DNA of 62,508 nucleotides, the filler included. It is 6 parts of 6 records of this genome, joined end to end, with 100 filler letters (N's around TTAATTAATTAA, not from the genome) between each part and the next. Parts side by side here need not be neighbours in the genome. Positions count along the whole stretch, not along the records: positions 48,579 to 62,508 come from SRR20825010_1914; 5 more parts are not named here. One strand, given 5' to 3'. The notes beneath the pieces were generated by a model that did no database searches, was not told where the DNA came from, and worked only from the letters and a program-made list of their open reading frames with translations. This document shows positions 57,468 through 62,508 of this stretch, in pieces. The position numbers and the translations under genes were made by a program. Position 1 is the first letter of the stretch; each line of letters opens with the position of its first letter.

Positions 57468-59075
57468 TTAAATTGGTAGGCGAGCAGGCTGTGCCCGCTT
57501 CAGCCAGGTTGAGAGGATAAACCGGGTCAACACCACGGCAGTGAACATGGACGTCAGAATACCAATCGCCAGCGTCACGGCAAAGCCCTGCACGGGGCCT
57601 GTGCCCAGCATGTAAAGCACAGCTGCGGCAATGAAAGTGGTGATGTTGGCATCCATAATGGTTGAAAGCGCTTCACCATAACCGTGCTCCATCGCACCAA
57701 ATGGCTTGCGCCCGTTGGATTGCTCTTCCCTGATGCGTTCAAAGACCAGCACGTTGGCATCAACGGCCATACCGATGGTCAGCACAATACCTGCAATACC
57801 TGGCAGCGTAAGCGTCGCCTGGAACATGCTAAGGGCCCCCATAATCAGCACGAGGTTGGTGATAAGTGCAATGTTCGCCGCAATACCGAAGCCGCCATAA
57901 GCCAGCAACATGAAGAGGATCACACCCGCGAAACCAACGGTTGCCGCCCATTCCCCTGCTGCAATCGAATCTGAACCAAGGTCTGGGCCAACTGTGCGCT
58001 GTTCCATCACGGTCAGCGGTACGGGTAGTGCGCCAGCTTTCAAAAGCGTTGCAAGTTCTTGTGCTTCAGCAGCATTGCCAACACCTGTGATCTGACCCTG
58101 CCCGCCCATGATGGCAGATTGGATTGTTGGTGCCGAAATAACAGAGTTATCAAGCACAATAGCAAAAGGACGACCGATATTATCGCGTGTGTGGTTACCA
58201 AAGCGCCGCGCGCCAGACGTATTGAACGTAAACGCAACGGCCGGGCGACCATTCTGGTCAAACGCAGCTTTTGCATCTGTCAGGTCATCGCCAGAGACAA
58301 TCACGCGTTCCTTGATCACAACAGAGCCGGGACCATCTGACATCGGCACAGCACGCTCGCGCGGGCCAAGGCGGCCACGGGCCATGTCTTCAGGGCTTAC
58401 GTTAGTATTCACATCATGAAACGTGAGCTTCGCGGTTTTACCAATGAGGCGTTTGATCTCTTCAGGGTCGCTGGCACCGGGCACTTCAAGGATGATGCGG
58501 TCATTGCCTTGCGGCTGCAGCGTGATCTCTTTGGTGCCGTCAGGGTCTACACGCTTGCGGATAACTTCCATCGCGCGAGCAATGGCATCACGCTTTTGAA
58601 CTTCGATACCGGCATCAGTGAGCGTCAGGCGGAACTCAAGGCCTTCATTCTCCATCTCGATCTCTTCAACGCCACCCCCCATAAGTGGGTTCGTTGCGCC
58701 AACAGAATTCTGGGTAAGGGGCCGCAGTTCCTTACGGGCCTCTTCAACCTGATCTTCTCGGGTAACCTCAAAGACAACCGAATGACCAACCGTACGCACG
58801 TTGCGGAAGTTCAGCGACCTGACAGACCGGCGAATATCCCGCACCTGATCAGCAAGGTTATTGAGCCTTGTATCCACAACGTCCTGCGTTTCCGCCCCCA
58901 AAAGCAGATAAACACCACCTTGAAGATCAAGGCCGAGGCTTAGCGTTTTTGATGGCAGGAAGTCAGGCAGCCCGGTGCGCTGTTCTTCAGTTAAAAAGTT
59001 CGGCAGAGCGGCCAATATGCCAAACAGGCATACGGCTGCGATCATCAGCACTTTCCAGCGTGGAAAGGTCAACAT
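57468..59075 (-). CDS. secD: Protein translocase subunit SecD
   Basis: LGLDLQGG, IGKTAKLTF, AIVLD, GALP, TLPGIAG, GMAVDANVLVFERIREE. Confidence 0.96.
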   Translation of the reverse strand: MLTFPRWKVLMIAAVCLFGILAALPNFLTEEQRTGLPDFLPSKTLSLGLDLQGGVYLLLGAETQDVVDTRLNNLADQVRDIRRSVRSLNFRNVRTVGHSVVFEVTREDQVEEARKELRPLTQNSVGATNPLMGGGVEEIEMENEGLEFRLTLTDAGIEVQKRDAIARAMEVIRKRVDPDGTKEITLQPQGNDRIILEVPGASDPEEIKRLIGKTAKLTFHDVNTNVSPEDMARGRLGPRERAVPMSDGPGSVVIKERVIVSGDDLTDAKAAFDQNGRPAVAFTFNTSGARRFGNHTRDNIGRPFAIVLDNSVISAPTIQSAIMGGQGQITGVGNAAEAQELATLLKAGALPVPLTVMEQRTVGPDLGSDSIAAGEWAATVGFAGVILFMLLAYGGFGIAANIALITNLVLIMGALSMFQATLTLPGIAGIVLTIGMAVDANVLVFERIREEQSNGRKPFGAMEHGYGEALSTIMDANITTFIAAAVLYMLGTGPVQGFAVTLAIGILTSMFTAVVLTRFILSTWLKRAQPARLPI

Positions 59076-59126
59076 GCGGCATCCCCTAACAAGAGCGCCC
59101 GAAACCTTAGGCTCCGGGCTGCTGTA

Positions 59127-59471
59127 TTACTTCTTTTCTTCGGTCTTTGCCGGTTCGCTTTTGGAGCGAACGTCCGTCAGCGTGCTTTTCACAACGCGCA
59201 CCCGCACGCCGTCTGCAAGCTCAACTTCAATCTCGTTGTCGTCCTTGACCTTGGTTACCTTAGCGATAAGGCCGCCTGCGGTCACAACCGTATCGCCACG
59301 GCTGACATTGTTCACCATCTCACGGTGCGCTTTCATTTTTTTGTTTTGCGGACGGAGAATCAAGAACCAGAACACAGCAATGATCAAAACAAACGGCAGA
59401 AAGCTCTCAAGCATGCCGGGTTGTTGTGGTGCCGCACTGGTTGCCTGTGCGAAAACTGGTGAGAAGAACAT
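59127..59471 (-). CDS. yajC: Preprotein translocase subunit YajC
   Basis: FWFLILRPQ, RGDTVVTAGG; upstream of secD. Confidence 0.95.
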   Translation of the reverse strand: MFFSPVFAQATSAAPQQPGMLESFLPFVLIIAVFWFLILRPQNKKMKAHREMVNNVSRGDTVVTAGGLIAKVTKVKDDNEIEVELADGVRVRVVKSTLTDVRSKSEPAKTEEKK

Positions 59472-59594
59472 GTGACAAACCTCTTAAGTAACGTGGCTCC
59501 CTCGGCCACCGGGTAATTTCGTTGCCGGGACTATAGCTTCATTGCCTTCAAATGCAACAATCACCATGGTATCAAGCCAAACCTAGATGGGTCC

Positions 59595-60494
59595 ATGAGC
59601 AAAAGGATACAAGGGTCAATGGCCACCGAGCAAGACAGCACCAAACTGATCGCCGCAATTGAACGGCTGACAGACGCCCTTGAGGCACAGGGAAACAAGG
59701 CAAAAAACTTGCGCCAACCTCTTGATTCAGCTGACGCTTTTGTCTTTGAGGCAGACGGCATGTACCTGCGTGCCATAAACCGGGTTTCTGCGCCAGACCT
59801 TGTCCTCCTTAAGGGCATAGACCGCGCGAAACGTACCCTACTTGATAACACCCGGCGTTTTGCCGCAGGCGCTTCCGCAAATAATGCCCTTCTATGGGGT
59901 GCGCGCGGCATGGGCAAATCAACGCTTATCAAGGCCGTGCATGCAGTTGCGGTCGCTGACAGCGTCGCGGCGGCACCCGCGCTTGTAGAAATCCACCGTG
60001 AGGATATCGCGGCCCTACCCGGCCTGCTTACCCAGCTCCGCGACGCGGACCGCAATTTCATCGTGTTTTGTGATGACCTCTCATTCAACAACCCGGATCA
60101 GGACTTCAAGGCACTGAAGTCTGTGCTAGAGGGCGGGCTTGAAGGCAGGCCCGACAATGTGATTTTTTACGCAACCTCAAACCGCCGCCACCTGCTGCCT
60201 CGCTCCATGATGGAACAGGAAGGTGCCACCGGCATTCACCCAAACGAATCAATGGATGAAACCATCGCGCTTTCTGACCGCTTTGGCCTGTGGCTGGGCT
60301 TTCACCCTTGTGACCAGGCCGAGTACCTGGAGATGATCGAAGGATATCTTGCGGCGTTTGACCTTAAAGGAAACGTTGACTGGCGCCCAGCCGCCCTTGA
60401 ATGGGCCAAAACACGCGGGAACAGGTCTGGCAGGACAGCGTGGCAATTTGTCGTGGGTGTAGCGGGTGAGCTTGGAAAGCGTGTGCGGTTTTAA
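59595..60494 (+). CDS. DUF815-family AAA+ ATPase
   Basis: NNALLWGARGMGKS Walker A, FCDDLSF, LKSVLEGG, YATSNRRHL, LSDRFGLWLGF, RSGRTAWQF. Confidence 0.92.
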   Translation: MSKRIQGSMATEQDSTKLIAAIERLTDALEAQGNKAKNLRQPLDSADAFVFEADGMYLRAINRVSAPDLVLLKGIDRAKRTLLDNTRRFAAGASANNALLWGARGMGKSTLIKAVHAVAVADSVAAAPALVEIHREDIAALPGLLTQLRDADRNFIVFCDDLSFNNPDQDFKALKSVLEGGLEGRPDNVIFYATSNRRHLLPRSMMEQEGATGIHPNESMDETIALSDRFGLWLGFHPCDQAEYLEMIEGYLAAFDLKGNVDWRPAALEWAKTRGNRSGRTAWQFVVGVAGELGKRVRF

Positions 60495-61543
60495 GGCGAT
60501 GCAGCTGCACTCATGCGCTGAAGATATCGCAGAGGATCAAGGGCTTGCCGACCTTTTCTGATCTCAAAATGCAACTGTGGTTCGCTAACACCACCTGTGT
60601 TGCCAACCCGCGCGATCACCTGCCCTTTGGTGACCTGTTGGCCCTGACGAACCAGCAAACGTTCATTATGAGCATAAGCTGTGATCCAACCGCCTGAGTG
60701 CTTAACTAGAAGCAGGTTACCATACCCCTGAAGCGCGTTGGAGGCGTATACAACCACGCCTGCGTCTGACGCTTTAACCGGCGTACCCTGACGGGCGATG
60801 ATGTTGATGCCGTCGTTATGAAGGCCGTCCTGCTTGGGGCCATAGCGTGATGCCAGCTTGCCTGACACGGGCCAGTCAAACCCGCTTGAGGACCGCGGCG
60901 GCGGTGTTGCGCGCGGCACAGAACGCCCCCTATTTGGTGTCGAGGTCACGACAGTCGGGTTCACAGACGCCGTTGTTACCCCTCCTCCAGCGCCTCCCGG
61001 CAGCCTGAGGGTTTGCCCAATCGCCAGTGTGTACGGTGGCCTGATCTGATTCTCTTGCATCAATGCCGACACGGTCACACCATACCGGCGGGAGATGCTG
61101 TAGCCCGTTTCACCCTTCGCTACCGTGTGTACCCGCGCGCTGGGTACACTCAGCCGTTGCCCTACCGCGAGCGTGTACGGCGATTTAAGGCCATTCGCCG
61201 CCACTAGCGTGCGCAGCGGCACGTCATATCGGCGGGATAGGGAATAAAGCGTCTCTCCCTTGCGCACGATATGGCTGCCGGCTGATGAGCTGCTGCTGGA
61301 CGGTGCTACACTCACGGGCGCTGGCGAACGCGGCGTGGTTGATGCATAGCGGGCTGGTGGTCTGGGTTTCACCTTTGGCCAGGGAATAGGCCGTGGGGCA
61401 TTGCGCACAAAACTTACGGCGGGGATATCAGCGGGTGGTATTGTCCGGTAACCGCTGGAGCATGCGGAAAGAATAAGCGTCGCTCCCACCCCTAGCGCGA
61501 TGGACGCCAAACACTGCCGCTTTTTTGATCCTCCGCCCGTCAT
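60491..61543 (-). CDS. Lipoprotein with two LysM domains and an M23 domain (NlpD/DipM-like)
   Basis: LSAC lipobox; two LysM domains (KGETLYSLSRRY, KGETGYSISRRY); NDGINI, YGNLLLVKH, YAHN, LHFEIR. Confidence 0.9.
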   Translation of the reverse strand: MTGGGSKKRQCLASIALGVGATLILSACSSGYRTIPPADIPAVSFVRNAPRPIPWPKVKPRPPARYASTTPRSPAPVSVAPSSSSSSAGSHIVRKGETLYSLSRRYDVPLRTLVAANGLKSPYTLAVGQRLSVPSARVHTVAKGETGYSISRRYGVTVSALMQENQIRPPYTLAIGQTLRLPGGAGGGVTTASVNPTVVTSTPNRGRSVPRATPPPRSSSGFDWPVSGKLASRYGPKQDGLHNDGINIIARQGTPVKASDAGVVVYASNALQGYGNLLLVKHSGGWITAYAHNERLLVRQGQQVTKGQVIARVGNTGGVSEPQLHFEIRKGRQALDPLRYLQRMSAAASP

Positions 61544-61607
61544 ATCTTGAAGATAGCTTCATGCCCTTTGTTCGGCAATACGCCAATGCTATTTTATAAC
61601 GCGTTTT

Positions 61608-62390
61608 TTAAAGCGCGCCGTCCACAATACCCAGCATTGTGCGCCGTGTTTCATGGTGTGTGAGGTCAAGGTGCAGCGGGGTCACGGAGATATAACTCTC
61701 CCTGATCGCCTTGAGGTCCGTCTCATGCCCTGGCACACCCACTTCGCGCCCAAGACCAAACCAGTAATAAGTGAACCCGCGCGGATCGACGCGTTCGTCA
61801 ATATTGGTGCCGGTGAGCTCCCTAAGCCCTTGTTCCGTTACCTTGACACCTTTCACCTCCTCCGGCGCAACGGCGGGGAAATTCACGTTCATCAACACAT
61901 TTTCCGGCCAACCACTTTCAAGCAACCGGCGAATGACCTCCGGGGCATGTTTTTCGGCGGTTTCCCATTTGGTGCGGGTATCCGGCCGCGTGCATTGGCT
62001 AAGCGCAATCGACGGCACACCTGCGAGTTGACCTTCCATCGCAACCGAGACCGTGCCTGAATAGGTTACATCCTCGGCCATGTTCCCGCCCCGGTTAACC
62101 CCAGAGAGGATCAGTGTCGGCTTATTGTCTTGCATGATCTTGTTGACGGCCATCATCACACAGTCGGTGGGTGTGCCGGACACGGCCCAGCGCTTCTCGC
62201 TCAGTTCCCGGAGCCGAAGCACACGAGAAAGCGTGAGTGAGTGCCCTGAGCCTGATTGCTCTTCTTCGGGGGCCACCACCCAAACGTCATCACTGAACTG
62301 CCGGGCAATGCGTTCAAGCACCTCAAGGCCCGGCGCATTGATACCGTCATCGTTGGAGACAAGAATACGTGCTGCAGAAATAGCTGCCAT
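61608..62390 (-). CDS. surE: 5'/3'-nucleotidase SurE
   Basis: [47 protein letters not shown]. Confidence 0.96.
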   Translation of the reverse strand: MAAISAARILVSNDDGINAPGLEVLERIARQFSDDVWVVAPEEEQSGSGHSLTLSRVLRLRELSEKRWAVSGTPTDCVMMAVNKIMQDNKPTLILSGVNRGGNMAEDVTYSGTVSVAMEGQLAGVPSIALSQCTRPDTRTKWETAEKHAPEVIRRLLESGWPENVLMNVNFPAVAPEEVKGVKVTEQGLRELTGTNIDERVDPRGFTYYWFGLGREVGVPGHETDLKAIRESYISVTPLHLDLTHHETRRTMLGIVDGAL

Positions 62391-62411
62391 AACAACCGCC
62401 TTACGTTAATT

Positions 62412-62508
<97 letters not shown>

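Overview
This window is not one genome. Five identical 100-nt artificial spacers (N44-TTAATTAATTAA-N44) join six unrelated contigs, probably from a marine metagenome; all taxon guesses are inferred from gene content and protein style. (1) 1-26814, Alcanivorax-like gammaproteobacterium: NAD-kinase-like gene, a small PA1571-like ORF, pdxB and a fructosamine kinase; a nine-gene operon resembling the Agl-Glt core (TPR proteins, ExbB, two ExbD, TonB-like); a thioesterase, an Fe-ADH and two tandem Tat-subunit/GMC oxidoreductase modules; then eno-ftsB-ispDF-truD-pcm-DUF368-nlpD-fieF. (2) 26915-30760, Thalassospira-like: Bax-like glucosaminidase and narK-nasT-nasS. (3) 30861-38204, Burkholderiales (Limnobacter-like): hemC-hemDX-hemY and argH-dctQM. 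(4) 38305-43296, gammaproteobacterium: mscS, aceK, and a triple-DnaT-domain gene paired with a lambda-P-like gene. (5) 43397-48478, Bacteroidota (Algoriphagus-like): eboABCDE. (6) 48579-62508, alphaproteobacterium (Kordiimonas-like) housekeeping region with a tRNA-Glu fragment, recJ, glpX, hom, yajC-secDF, surE and serS. The best leads are the Agl-Glt-like envelope motor, where one ExbD-like subunit has Asn in place of the essential Asp; a GMC paralogue lacking the canonical His/Asn catalytic pair; the phage-derived replication pair; and a LytTR-like repeat array upstream of two orphan secreted proteins. No CRISPR array, rRNA or intact mobile element was seen.
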